A DNA stretch of 64,000 nucleotides from an uncultured Lachnospiraceae bacterium (GCA_902775895.1 CACYNO010000008.1:17557-81556), one strand, 5' to 3'. Counted from the first letter of the stretch, positions 31,407-40,414 are shown. Made by a program: numbers and translations. The notes: generated by a model from the sequence alone, not told the origin.

Positions 31407-31832
31407 TTAAATCGGCATATTTGGAAATCCCAATCTTTCCATCAACGCTTCCTGAAGTACCCTTGACACATTCAAATGCGCCTTGTCTGCCGCCTGATTA
31501 AGATATTCCGGTATGCTTACATTTCGGCGCACCGCTTTACTTTTTGCCATTCGTCTGTAAACATCTACATCAAGGTCAATAAGGGAAATGAAACTCTTAC
31601 CGTCTTTAGAAAACACACCCCTCTTCGGGGAAATATCTGCCGGAGATGTAGCTTCAGGGAAAGAATCATCCGGCACATCAAAAAGGGCATTACCGATATA
31701 ATCCCGTGCCATAAGAAAAGCGTCTGACAAACCCTGCCCCTGGGTCATTCCGTTCAAATCAGGAATTTCAATCAAATATGTATCATTTTTATCGTTAGTC
31801 TGTGTAAAAATAACCGGATATACAACTATCAT
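31407..31832 (-). CDS. hicB: HicB-family antitoxin (copy 1)
   Basis: YPVIF...YLIEIPDL N-domain plus C-terminal RHH-like ...NVSIPEYL.... ATGA overlap with hicA, as in copy 2. Confidence 0.85.
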   Translation of the reverse strand: MIVVYPVIFTQTNDKNDTYLIEIPDLNGMTQGQGLSDAFLMARDYIGNALFDVPDDSFPEATSPADISPKRGVFSKDGKSFISLIDLDVDVYRRMAKSKAVRRNVSIPEYLNQAADKAHLNVSRVLQEALMERLGFPNMPI

Positions 31833-32011
31833 TCTTCGCCTCCCAAATCCCATTTTTTCATTATAGCTTGCGCAAGTTTTTCATTTAATTCACGATGGCG
31901 AGGCACATATTCAACGTCTGAACCACGCCTGTAGACATCATGTCCCCCACCGTGCCGTTCTAATGAAAATCCGGCATTTTGCAATTTCCTAATTAAATCT
32001 TTACGTTTCAA
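31829..32011 (-). CDS. hicA: HicA-family mRNA interferase toxin (copy 1)
   Basis: 60 aa, KRKDLIRKLQNAGF..RHGGGHDVY pattern; TTG start with AAGGAG RBS. Confidence 0.88.
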   Translation of the reverse strand: MKRKDLIRKLQNAGFSLERHGGGHDVYRRGSDVEYVPRHRELNEKLAQAIMKKWDLGGEE

Positions 32012-32027
32012 ATAATACTCTCCTTAT

Positions 32028-32052
32028 ATAATACACAATCTTTGTGTATTAT
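32028..32052. promoter_or_regulatory. 11-3-11 perfect palindrome overlapping the hicAB-1 promoter (candidate HicB operator)
   Basis: ATAATACACAA-TCT-TTGTGTATTAT, overlapping a TTCACA-16-CATAAT promoter on the minus strand. Confidence 0.55.
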
Positions 32053-32180
32053 GCAATGTTTTTTAATAATGTGAAATATGACGAAAGTCACTGAAAGAAG
32101 CGGCGAATGCCGCAGGAATTTATAATATCATATACTTATAATATTGTCTATAAGCATTTAATAATGTTAATGAAACGTAT

Positions 32181-33011
32181 TTAATTGCTGTTGGTATTAA
32201 GCGTAATTATCACAAGCTCACGATTATTGTTGATCCTCACAGGTACTATACTGTCTCCCAGCCCCCTGCTAACCACCATATCCGTGTCTCCCATGTGGTA
32301 CACTCCCTCCGTATACTTTGGAAACAGCCCCTGTCCCGATGCGTTCAGCCCGCCGATCCACGGAAGTCTTATAAGACCGCCGTGGGCATGCCCGCTTATA
32401 ACAAGATCAAGTTTTTCGTCTGAATAATCTTCAATATACTCCGGTCGGTGGGATAAGAGTATGGTATAGATATCCCCTTCTCCGTCTTTTTCCGTAAAAG
32501 AAAGATCAAAGTGATCAAACTTTTCATAAAAGAAAGGATCATCGACTCCCGCAAGCCGGATCTTCCCCGAACCTTTGCTTAAGATAACGGATTTATTATC
32601 AAGAACCGTAACATTCTCGGAGTGCAGGTACTCTTTAAACTCATCATAATTTTTGTTTTGGGCCTCATGATTTCCCGCCACATAGTAAACCGGGGCAATG
32701 TCCTTTATCTCCGTTATCATCTTTTTAGCATTCTTTGTATCAGTAAAAAAGCGGTCAATAAAATCCCCGGTGATCACTATGATATCCGGGTTTTCTTCTT
32801 TTATTTTGTTTACGATCCGCTCATCCGGCTTTCTCCCGTGCCAGTCTGATATCTGTGCTATTTTGAAGTCATTAAATTCTTCCGGTAGTTTTGAATTTTG
32901 TATACTGTAATAAGATACATCAAACCTGGCAATGTTAATACTAACGATGCATACAAACGCAGCCGCAATGATCACCAGGGCGATGAACAGCCGTCTTTTT
33001 ATCTTTCTCAT
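32181..33011 (-). CDS. membrane-anchored metallophosphoesterase
   Basis: DWHG, GDFID, GNHE and GHAHGG metallophosphatase motifs; N-terminal TM. Confidence 0.85.
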   Translation of the reverse strand: MRKIKRRLFIALVIIAAAFVCIVSINIARFDVSYYSIQNSKLPEEFNDFKIAQISDWHGRKPDERIVNKIKEENPDIIVITGDFIDRFFTDTKNAKKMITEIKDIAPVYYVAGNHEAQNKNYDEFKEYLHSENVTVLDNKSVILSKGSGKIRLAGVDDPFFYEKFDHFDLSFTEKDGEGDIYTILLSHRPEYIEDYSDEKLDLVISGHAHGGLIRLPWIGGLNASGQGLFPKYTEGVYHMGDTDMVVSRGLGDSIVPVRINNNRELVIITLNTNSN

Positions 33012-33847
33012 TTTGATGAACCGGACATGCTTTTAAGCATTTCTATCTCTTTCTTATATCCCGGAAGTTCGTTTGGTGTCTCTAAATAAAACGGGATATC
33101 TCTGAGTGCATGATGATTTATTATCCTTTCAATCGCTTCCAGGCCTATAGATCCCTCTCCGATTTTTTCGTGCCTGTCTTTATGACTCTCAAAAGGATTC
33201 TTGGAATCGTTCAGATGAATTGCCTTGAGTCTGTTAAGACCGATTACTTTGTCAAACTCTCCAAGTACACCGTCAAGATCATTTACAATATCATACCCTG
33301 CATCGTACACATGACAGGTATCAAGGCAGACTCCCAGCTTCTCGCCAAGCGCTGTCTTTTCTATGATCTCTGCAATCTCCTCAAACCGTGAACCAACCTC
33401 AGAACCTTTACCTGCCATGGTCTCTAAAAGAACCGTGGTCTTCATATCATCCCTCATAACCTTGTCCAAATGTGCTACTATCAGCTCTATTCCCGCTTCA
33501 ACTCCCTGGCCCACGTGACTTCCGGGATGGAAATTGTACATATTCCCGGGGGTAAGATCCATTCTTTCAAGATCCTCTGTCATAGCCCTGTAGGCAAAAT
33601 CCCTGGTCTTCTCGTCCTTGGAGCAGGGATTAAGCGTATAAGGGGCATGACACAAAATGCATGGGATCTCCTTTTCCTTCGCAAAGGAATTAAACGCCTC
33701 TACATCCTCCATATCCAGCGATTTCACTGCCCCGCCTCTGGGGTTCCTGCTGAAATATTGAAATGTATTGCCACCCAGAGAGAGAATCTCCTCGCCCATG
33801 TGCATAAAGCCTTTTGAGGCCGATAAATGACATCCTATCTTAAACAT
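33008..33847 (-). CDS. nfo: deoxyribonuclease IV (endonuclease IV)
   Basis: [22 protein letters not shown] and HLND motifs. Start set at MFKIGCH with AAGGAG RBS (ORF track 33928). Confidence 0.88.
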   Translation of the reverse strand: MFKIGCHLSASKGFMHMGEEILSLGGNTFQYFSRNPRGGAVKSLDMEDVEAFNSFAKEKEIPCILCHAPYTLNPCSKDEKTRDFAYRAMTEDLERMDLTPGNMYNFHPGSHVGQGVEAGIELIVAHLDKVMRDDMKTTVLLETMAGKGSEVGSRFEEIAEIIEKTALGEKLGVCLDTCHVYDAGYDIVNDLDGVLGEFDKVIGLNRLKAIHLNDSKNPFESHKDRHEKIGEGSIGLEAIERIINHHALRDIPFYLETPNELPGYKKEIEMLKSMSGSSK

Positions 33848-33970
33848 ACAATCACTCCTTTTTAGATGACTACGATACTCATTATGCCAAGAATTATCAT
33901 TATAGGCAATGTCCTCATCTGTCAACAAAAAAGATCTCCGTATAGCAGGGAATCTTATTAATAATCTTAT

Positions 33971-34396
33971 TTAAACCATCATATTGGAAAAGCCCAACTT
34001 TTCCATAAGCGCCTCCTGAAGAACCCTTGATACATTTAAATGCGCTTTGTCTGCAGCCTGATTAAGATATTCCGGTATGCTTACATTTCTGCGTACCGCC
34101 TTGCTTTTAGCCATACGTCTGTACACTTCCACATCAAGATCTATAAGAGAAATAAAACTCATGCCGTCTTCTGAAAATGTCCCGCCCTCTAGCGAAATGG
34201 ATGCCGGAGAGGTTGCCTCAGGAAATGAATTATCAGGCACATCAAAAAGTGCATTACCTATATAATCCCTTGCCATCAGAAAAGCGTCGGACAAACCGTG
34301 CCCTTGTGTCATTCCGTTTAAATCAGGAATTTCGATCAAATATGTATCGTTCTCATCATTTGTTTGCGTAAAAATAACCGGATATACAACTGTCAT
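33971..34396 (-). CDS. hicB: HicB-family antitoxin (copy 2)
   Basis: 141 aa, close paralogue of 31407..31832. Confidence 0.85.
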   Translation of the reverse strand: MTVVYPVIFTQTNDENDTYLIEIPDLNGMTQGHGLSDAFLMARDYIGNALFDVPDNSFPEATSPASISLEGGTFSEDGMSFISLIDLDVEVYRRMAKSKAVRRNVSIPEYLNQAADKAHLNVSRVLQEALMEKLGFSNMMV

Positions 34397-34575
34397 ACTT
34401 TACCTCCCAAATCCCATTTTCTTATAATGGCCTGTGCCAGTTTTTCATTTATTTCACGATGACGCGGCACATATTCTACGTCTGAACCTCGCCTATATAC
34501 ATCGTGCCCAGCACCATGCCGTTCAAATGAAAATCCGGCATTTTGCAGTCTATTTATTAAATCTTTTCGTTTCAC
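34393..34575 (-). CDS. hicA: HicA-family toxin (copy 2)
   Basis: 60 aa, 51/60 residues identical to copy 1; GTG start with AAGGAG RBS. Confidence 0.88.
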   Translation of the reverse strand: MKRKDLINRLQNAGFSFERHGAGHDVYRRGSDVEYVPRHREINEKLAQAIIRKWDLGGKV

Positions 34576-34594
34576 TAAGTACGCTCCTTAAATA

Positions 34595-34619
34595 ATAATA
34601 CACAATGTTTGTGTATTAT
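34595..34619. promoter_or_regulatory. 11-3-11 palindrome in the hicAB-2 promoter
   Basis: ATAATACACAA-TGT-TTGTGTATTAT. Arms identical to copy 1; only the spacer differs. Confidence 0.55.
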
Positions 34620-34877
34620 TCAATTGTTTTTTATTTTGAAATCTGACGAAAGTCACTGAAATAAACGGCGAGCGCCGCGAAATTTATATTATCATATATT
34701 TATAATATTTTCTATAGAAAAATCGTAGCATATTTCAAGCGAAAAGCTATATGTATCTAATACGTGAAGATAAAATTGTCAGACAGAAAAAAGACCCCCG
34801 CATCTAACTGATATGTATCCCGTATTCCGGGTACATATCAAACAGGGATCTCCTAAATGATCTTATTCAAACCATCA

Positions 34878-35130
34878 TCATTTAAGCTTTATATTCTTAA
34901 CCTGAACAAATCCGCCAATAAGCCCTAATACAGGATCTGCTGCAGAGCAAATGTTGCTGACAGTAGATGTGGGGTCCATTGCTCCCGGGTTGGTCTCCCA
35001 GAAGATCAGATCGTAGCTTCCGGTCACTCCGGCCATATACCTTCTGCTCCACATTGCAGTAAGGTTTAGTCTTTTCAAAAAGTGTCTCCGCGGGAGTATC
35101 AATGCCGTTAAATACCTTTTCCGCCAGCAT
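34878..35130 (-). pseudogene. small gene split over two overlapping frames (frameshift or sequencing error); function unknown
   Basis: ORFs 34897..35130 and 34878..35102 overlap in different frames behind a consensus promoter. Neither alone looks complete. Confidence 0.35.
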
Positions 35131-35164
35131 GTTTGTCTTAACTAACCCAAGATCGTCAAAAAAA

Positions 35165-35219
35165 GTTAGCCTACGCTAACAATGCAACTGATTATACACA
35201 GCTAACTTTTATTTGTCAA
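35165..35219 (-). promoter_or_regulatory. consensus promoter plus GTTAGC-N4-GCTAAC operator
   Basis: Minus strand TTGACA (35214-35219) - 17 - TATAAT (35191-35196). Palindrome GTTAGCCTACGCTAAC at 35165-35180. Confidence 0.6.
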
Positions 35220-35260
35220 CTCTCTGTTCAACTGTTTCAGACTTGGGGAGAATAATTTTT

Positions 35261-35745
35261 TTAAAGGGATTGTATAGTAAAACTTCTTTGCTCAATTATC
35301 TTCTCACAAATATCTGCCGAATTTACAAAGCCGACTTTTTCTAATTCCTGTCTGGCTTTTTTAAGAGACTTGATAAATCTGTCAGCCATATCAAAGAAAT
35401 GTGCCATCGCAATCTTAGATCCGATGCCGGCTTTTTTTGCTTCTTTTTCAAATGAAGCTGCATTTATTTTATCGCACCTATACACTCACTGCCTAAGCCG
35501 GAAAGTATGGATAAATAATCATTTTCATCTGTTCTGAGCCATCCGGCGACTGTTTTTCTTGTAAAACCCTCAGGCAGCATCCCCTCAAAAAAGTTTTTCG
35601 TAGCTTTCGGAGAAAACGCTTCTTTTTGCAACGGGAGACTTATAGATACCGGGCGGCTTCCCGGTGCTTCGAGGTATTCATCATAATATGTAAAACAGGC
35701 ACTCTCTGTCGTTTCACCTGAAATACATCCAACATCCTTTTGTCA
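35261..35745 (-). pseudogene. hipA-like kinase toxin remnant: N-terminal domain fused to the C-terminal about 70 aa, kinase core deleted
   Basis: My minus-strand translation of 35464-35730 gives ...ACFTYYDEYLEAPGSRPVSISLPLQKEAFSPKATKNFFEGMLPEGFTRK...GSECIGAIK*. This matches the HipA N-domain pattern. ORF 35261..35485 resembles a HipA C-terminus and lies in another frame. Confidence 0.55.
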
Positions 35746-35775
35746 ACATTATAGGCGCTTGACATATTTTAGCAA

Positions 35776-36327
35776 TTATCCCGCCACCGTAAGTTCTCGA
35801 ATGGACACCCCGTTTCTATGTCTGTTTTCAAAATTGCCGGTGCATTTTTTAAATGTCGCAAATGTTTCTTTCGCTTTTGAAATATTGCCGTACACCTTCC
35901 ACATCCCGCAATATTTGTAATTCTTTGCATCATTTTCAATAAATCCTATTACATCCTCCGGCGGATATCCCAAAAACAGTCCCACTTCATGAGGAAAATG
36001 TTCCTTAGCATTTATATGTTCTTTCAGACAAGATATGCATTCAGAATGGCGCTCACATGGGTAGCCTCTCTCATTCAAGACTTTAAACGCCCTTTTGTCC
36101 TCCAGGTCAGCCTTAAGACTCGACATGCGATAGACATAAATAAGAGCCTTACCATTTTGTATTCGCATAGGTATAAGCCTGACTCCTTTGGGGAGCAATA
36201 CACTGTTAAACTCTCTTATCTCATCCAAAAGATCATATTTATCTTTATAATCACATACGAACAAGCTGCCCGTCTTTAAACCCGCCAGTGTTGGGGCACA
36301 ATGTTTTATCAGGGTCTCTTCTGACAT
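35776..36327 (-). CDS. DUF3793-like protein
   Basis: 183 aa, N-terminal ...LIKHCAPTLAGLKTGSLF...; downstream of a flavodoxin gene. Confidence 0.6.
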   Translation of the reverse strand: MSEETLIKHCAPTLAGLKTGSLFVCDYKDKYDLLDEIREFNSVLLPKGVRLIPMRIQNGKALIYVYRMSSLKADLEDKRAFKVLNERGYPCERHSECISCLKEHINAKEHFPHEVGLFLGYPPEDVIGFIENDAKNYKYCGMWKVYGNISKAKETFATFKKCTGNFENRHRNGVSIRELTVAG

Positions 36328-36377
36328 AGCGGCCTCCTTTGAGGATCATGAAAAAATCTATAACACTCCATTAATAT

Positions 36378-36800
36378 TTAAGAAAGCGCTTTTCCCAGAG
36401 CTCTGCATTTCTCAAGATCTTCATCCCCCGGTGCTTCATTTGCAGTAACACTTTCGCAAACGAGATCTATACCTTCCGATCTGCACTCCTCTTCCCATTC
36501 TCTCATCCATGTTCCGTCGCCCCATCCGTATGATCCGAAAAGGGCTATTTTCTTTCCTTGCAAGCCTGATTTAACCGAGTCCCACATGGGCTGAAAAACT
36601 GTTTCTTCCAAGACCTCAACTCCCATTGAAGGACACCCGAAGGCTATGGAATCATATTCTGATATGGCATCCGCATTAAACATTTCGGCGCTGATGATGT
36701 CTGCCTGCATTCCCGCCGCCTGTGCACCTTCCGCAACCGCCTTTGCCATATTCTCAGTATTACCTGTTCCGCTCCAATACACTACTGCTGCCTTACTCAT
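36378..36800 (-). CDS. short-chain flavodoxin
   Basis: 140 aa, VVYWSGTGNTE FMN-phosphate loop, GSYGWGDG. Confidence 0.9.
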   Translation of the reverse strand: MSKAAVVYWSGTGNTENMAKAVAEGAQAAGMQADIISAEMFNADAISEYDSIAFGCPSMGVEVLEETVFQPMWDSVKSGLQGKKIALFGSYGWGDGTWMREWEEECRSEGIDLVCESVTANEAPGDEDLEKCRALGKALS

Positions 36801-36833
36801 AATAAATACCTCCGTTATAAATCTTTAATTTGT

Positions 36834-37121
36834 TTAGTTTTTTGTATATTTTTCTAATATCTTCTGAAGCGAGGATGCTGAAGCACTTTTTACTCTTTCC
36901 ACCGTTGTGGAGCCTCCCTTCACCTCAGCCATGGCACAATGTGCCATTTTATGGGACATATATCCCGTAAAAAAGATCATAAGGTCGGGGTTTCCGATCT
37001 TATTTTTAAGTCCGCCGTTTACCGGCTTGATAAATGTCTTTACATCACATTTATATCTTTTGCATATTTCTTTGTACTTACTTTCCATACACTCATTTCC
37101 GCCTACTATAACAACGCTCAT
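36834..37121 (-). CDS. DUF2325-like protein
   Basis: MSVVIVGGNECMESKYKEICKRY... Start set at the ATG after an AAAGGAG RBS (ORF track GTG at 37151). Confidence 0.6.
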   Translation of the reverse strand: MSVVIVGGNECMESKYKEICKRYKCDVKTFIKPVNGGLKNKIGNPDLMIFFTGYMSHKMAHCAMAEVKGGSTTVERVKSASASSLQKILEKYTKN

Positions 37122-37174
37122 ATATTCTCCTTTCGTAATATGTATCAGCACGGTTTTTTATATCTTACCGTTTC

Positions 37175-37261
37175 GTTAGCTTAGGCTAACTCATGGTTGT
37201 TAAAAAAGTTAGCCCTCGCTAACACTGTGTTGATTATATACATCCGGCATTTATTTGTCAA
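37175..37261 (-). promoter_or_regulatory. consensus promoter plus two GTTAGC-N4-GCTAAC operators in front of DUF2325-flavodoxin-DUF3793
   Basis: TTGACA (37256-37261) - 17 - TATAAT (37233-37238). Palindromes at 37208-37223 and 37175-37190. Confidence 0.6.
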
Positions 37262-37278
37262 CTGTATTGAACGGTTAT

Positions 37279-37773
37279 TTATATCTTCATCCCCATTACG
37301 TAATCTCTGCTCACAAAACCGTCTCCCATATCCGTATCTATTTCCTCTTCCACATAAAACCCCAAATGCTTGTATGCTTCTATAGACCCGGTGTTATCAC
37401 GATTCACATGCAGGAAAATCTCATGAAGATCTTCTTTTCTTGCTTCAGTCTTTATAAAATCCAGAACATCGGATGAAATACCTTTGCCTCTGAATTCTTT
37501 CTCTAAATAAATCTTACTCAAGAACATCCTGCCGTCTTTGGGATAAAAACTGAAATAGCCGGCCCTCTCATCAGACTCATCCGTATAAACATAATAATAG
37601 TTGCTGCCCTCATCCAGCTGCTGTTTTATGGCAGCTTCGGAAAGAAACAACTCAAAAACATAATCTGTAAGCCCCTTATCAACGCATGTATAATAGTGCT
37701 CTTTCCATATTTTTTCCGCAAAAGGAACGAGTTCCTTTATATCTTTTTCAGTTATTTTTTTAAAATGTGTCAT
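37279..37773 (-). CDS. GNAT family N-acetyltransferase
   Basis: FRGKGIS acetyl-CoA loop. Start set at MTHFKK after a GGAGG RBS (ORF track 37830). Confidence 0.85.
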   Translation of the reverse strand: MTHFKKITEKDIKELVPFAEKIWKEHYYTCVDKGLTDYVFELFLSEAAIKQQLDEGSNYYYVYTDESDERAGYFSFYPKDGRMFLSKIYLEKEFRGKGISSDVLDFIKTEARKEDLHEIFLHVNRDNTGSIEAYKHLGFYVEEEIDTDMGDGFVSRDYVMGMKI

Positions 37774-37923
37774 GCTGCCTCCATCCATCTCGTTATACGC
37801 GCGTCCGCTTGAGTATATGTGTCTCCTCACTATTGCTTTTGGCTTTGTCAGGCGTTACAAGTATTATATCATCTCCTCAACTGCCTGAGAATCACACTTT
37901 GAAAGCCGAACTTGAGTTAAATC

Positions 37924-37976
37924 TTCCAAATCAGTGTGAACTGTGGTATTATAAAATCAAGTTAGTCAAGGCTAAC
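37924..37976 (+). promoter_or_regulatory. extended -10 promoter plus GTTAGT-N4-GCTAAC operator in front of the methyltransferase gene
   Basis: TTCCAA - 17 - (TGg)TATTAT (37947-37952). Palindrome 37961-37976 starts 8 nt after the -10. Confidence 0.5.
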
Positions 37977-38034
37977 TGTGCGCCGCATTATTTATTTTAC
38001 CGAAATATAATCCGACACCTATCATAAGGAGGAA

Positions 38035-38883
38035 ATGATGATCGCTACAGAAAAATATCATATAGAAAAAAATACTGTTCAGGAGACTCTGATGATACCT
38101 CTGTTTGGCAGGAAGCTATGCACAGAGGTATTTCCTGATCTGTACAAGGATGATACGGCCGTGATGCTGTGCGAAAAAGTTGACTACGATTTCAGTGAAA
38201 TGGAAAAAAAGAGCAAAAGCAGTTTTTATCGTTTCGGCGCATTGGAGGCGGCCATGAGACAGCTGGATATCAAATGGGAGATCGAAGATTATCTCAAGGA
38301 AAACCCGAACGCGGCAGTGATCAACATGGGCTGCGGCTTAGACAATACAGGGCGTGCAGTGGATAACGGAAAGATAAAAATATATAACATCGACTTTGCA
38401 GACATCATAAAAGCAAGAGAGACTCTGCTGCCCAACGGGGACAGAGAGGAAAGCATAGCAACGGAATTAAGTGAGCTGTCATGGCTGGACAGAATAGACG
38501 CAAGCCACGGCGCAGTATTTTTCGCTGCCGGAGTTTTCCATTACCTGACTACAGAGCAGGTAAAACGCCTTGTTCTTGAGATCGGCAAACGATTTCCCGG
38601 AGCACGTCTCGTATTCGATACTGTGGGAAGGCTCGGACATAAGCTTATGATGAAAAAAGTGCTGAAGAATTTCGGGATCACCGATGTGAGCGGATACTTC
38701 CACGTAAATAATGTGGAAAAGGAACTGGGAGACTGGTCTGAAAATATCGCTTTGAGCCACAGAGGATACATGCTCGGTTACTACGACCTCCATACCACCG
38801 GCGTCACAGGATTCCACAGATTCCTGTCAAGGGTTGGAGACGGCACTATGAAAATGCGTATCGTGAGGATGGATTTTTTATAA
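38035..38883 (+). CDS. class I SAM-dependent (TcmP/LCM-like) O-methyltransferase
   Basis: 282 aa, VINMGCGLD motif I, downstream acidic motif II. Confidence 0.7.
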   Translation: MMIATEKYHIEKNTVQETLMIPLFGRKLCTEVFPDLYKDDTAVMLCEKVDYDFSEMEKKSKSSFYRFGALEAAMRQLDIKWEIEDYLKENPNAAVINMGCGLDNTGRAVDNGKIKIYNIDFADIIKARETLLPNGDREESIATELSELSWLDRIDASHGAVFFAAGVFHYLTTEQVKRLVLEIGKRFPGARLVFDTVGRLGHKLMMKKVLKNFGITDVSGYFHVNNVEKELGDWSENIALSHRGYMLGYYDLHTTGVTGFHRFLSRVGDGTMKMRIVRMDFL

Positions 38884-38936
38884 AGCAAGATAACTCTTTA
38901 ATCCATTCTCATGCATCTGCCTGCGGATGGTGTACC

Positions 38937-40232
38937 CTACAAACAAAAAGCCGCATACAAGGGCACAGAGCATATCCCCTCTGTCTCGCCGAAATTATTT
39001 TCAGATATTCGTATAGCTTTTTCAGGCTTATATTTTTCTCTGTATTTCTTCAGACTTGCAGATCTTTTATGTCTGCCCGCCTTTATCTCTACGGGAATTA
39101 TCCCCTCCGGCATATCAAGAAGCATATCTATCTCCAAGCCGGCATCCGGTTTGTGGTACAGCAGCTCATGTCCTTTTGCTGCCAGGGACTGAACAACATA
39201 ATTTTCCGCAAGAGCGCCTTTAAAAAGATTGTCAGATGTATTAAGCAAGTCACTATACTTCATTTTGCCTGCGTAGGACAATAAACCGGCATCGGACATG
39301 TAAAGCTTAAAGCTTTTGTCATCTGCATATAATTTGAGCGGTGTTCGTATGATTTCGGTGTTGTCCACTTTGTACACCATTCCGGAAGATCTGAGCCAGT
39401 CTATAGGTTCATAAAAATCCCTTTTATTTGCATTGCTGCGTACTTCTTTGTATTTGAATTTCGGATTTTCTTTTGCCAGCTGCCTCGGTACAGATTCATA
39501 AACAGCAGCGATCTTTACACCTTCGGCAGCGCTTGTGGTATATTTGGACATGTCAGAGCTATAGGCAAGCAGTATAAAATGCTGAAGTTCTCTGTCAAAA
39601 GAGGTCACGTCACAATTTGACGAAATGTAATTATCCACACACCGGGGCATTCCGCCCACATACAGGTAATCTCTGTATAAATGTATAGCTTTCTCATGGA
39701 TTATCCCCGGCATAGGTTTCATGGCTTTATATGCGGACTCAATTTCTTCGGCAAGAAGCTCTTCTCCTGTTGCCATAAGAAATTCCTCGAAATCCATGGG
39801 ATACATCCGAACCTGCCGTATTTTCCCGACGGGAAAAGAGCCTGAAAATCGATTGATCTTCACTCCAAGAAGACTTCCTGCTCCTATTATACGATAATTT
39901 TCTTCTGCTTCACAAAAGTATTTAAGTGAGGTTATTGCTTTCTCACATTTTTGTATCTCATCGAAAAAAAGCGCAGTGGAGACATCGATCTTTCGCCCTT
40001 TGTATATTCCGATTTTCTTCAGTATTTCATAAGGTTCCAAACTTTCCTCAAATATATCCGAAAGTCCAGGTTCACTTTCGAAATTCAGATACAGATGATC
40101 ATTATATCTCTCGCTGCAGAATTTTTTTATGATCCATGTTTTTCCAACCTGTCTGGCTCCGGCAACAAGCAACGGTTCTTTTGTTTTTTTATCTTCCCAT
40201 TCTTCTAAAACGCCGTAAAATTTTCTATGCAT
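38937..40232 (-). CDS. AAA-type ATPase with C-terminal DUF4143-like domain
   Basis: 431 aa, Walker A GARQVGKT, Walker B LFFDEIQ, C-terminal ...IPVEIKAG... block. Confidence 0.8.
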   Translation of the reverse strand: MHRKFYGVLEEWEDKKTKEPLLVAGARQVGKTWIIKKFCSERYNDHLYLNFESEPGLSDIFEESLEPYEILKKIGIYKGRKIDVSTALFFDEIQKCEKAITSLKYFCEAEENYRIIGAGSLLGVKINRFSGSFPVGKIRQVRMYPMDFEEFLMATGEELLAEEIESAYKAMKPMPGIIHEKAIHLYRDYLYVGGMPRCVDNYISSNCDVTSFDRELQHFILLAYSSDMSKYTTSAAEGVKIAAVYESVPRQLAKENPKFKYKEVRSNANKRDFYEPIDWLRSSGMVYKVDNTEIIRTPLKLYADDKSFKLYMSDAGLLSYAGKMKYSDLLNTSDNLFKGALAENYVVQSLAAKGHELLYHKPDAGLEIDMLLDMPEGIIPVEIKAGRHKRSASLKKYREKYKPEKAIRISENNFGETEGICSVPLYAAFCL

Positions 40233-40414
40233 AGAACTATCCTTAAATGCTTTTATAATATTTGATTATTTTTACACCATAATATCATATTTATTGAAAG
40301 TTTTCATCTTTTTGGCATTTATTATTTGAGATTTTTCATTTTTTTATCACACGCTTTACTGTGGGTAGTCAATTGGGGTCAATTGCAAACCGAAGCTCCG
40401 GTTTGCAAAACTAG

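Larger units (their letters stand above)
31407..32155 (-). repeat. hicAB cassette direct repeat, copy 1 (hairpin + promoter/operator + hicA + hicB)
   Basis: Alignable along its length with 33971-34718, including the non-coding leader. Confidence 0.8.
33971..34718 (-). repeat. hicAB cassette direct repeat, copy 2
   Basis: See copy 1. Confidence 0.8.

Noticed and set aside
33945-33980. About 35-bp similarity to 34845-34880 as possible att-like target duplication around hicAB copy 2
   Set aside because: It is imperfect (about 30/37 by eye). Both copies coincide with 3'-UTR or terminator hairpins, which could explain the similarity. I mention it only under the hicAB finding.
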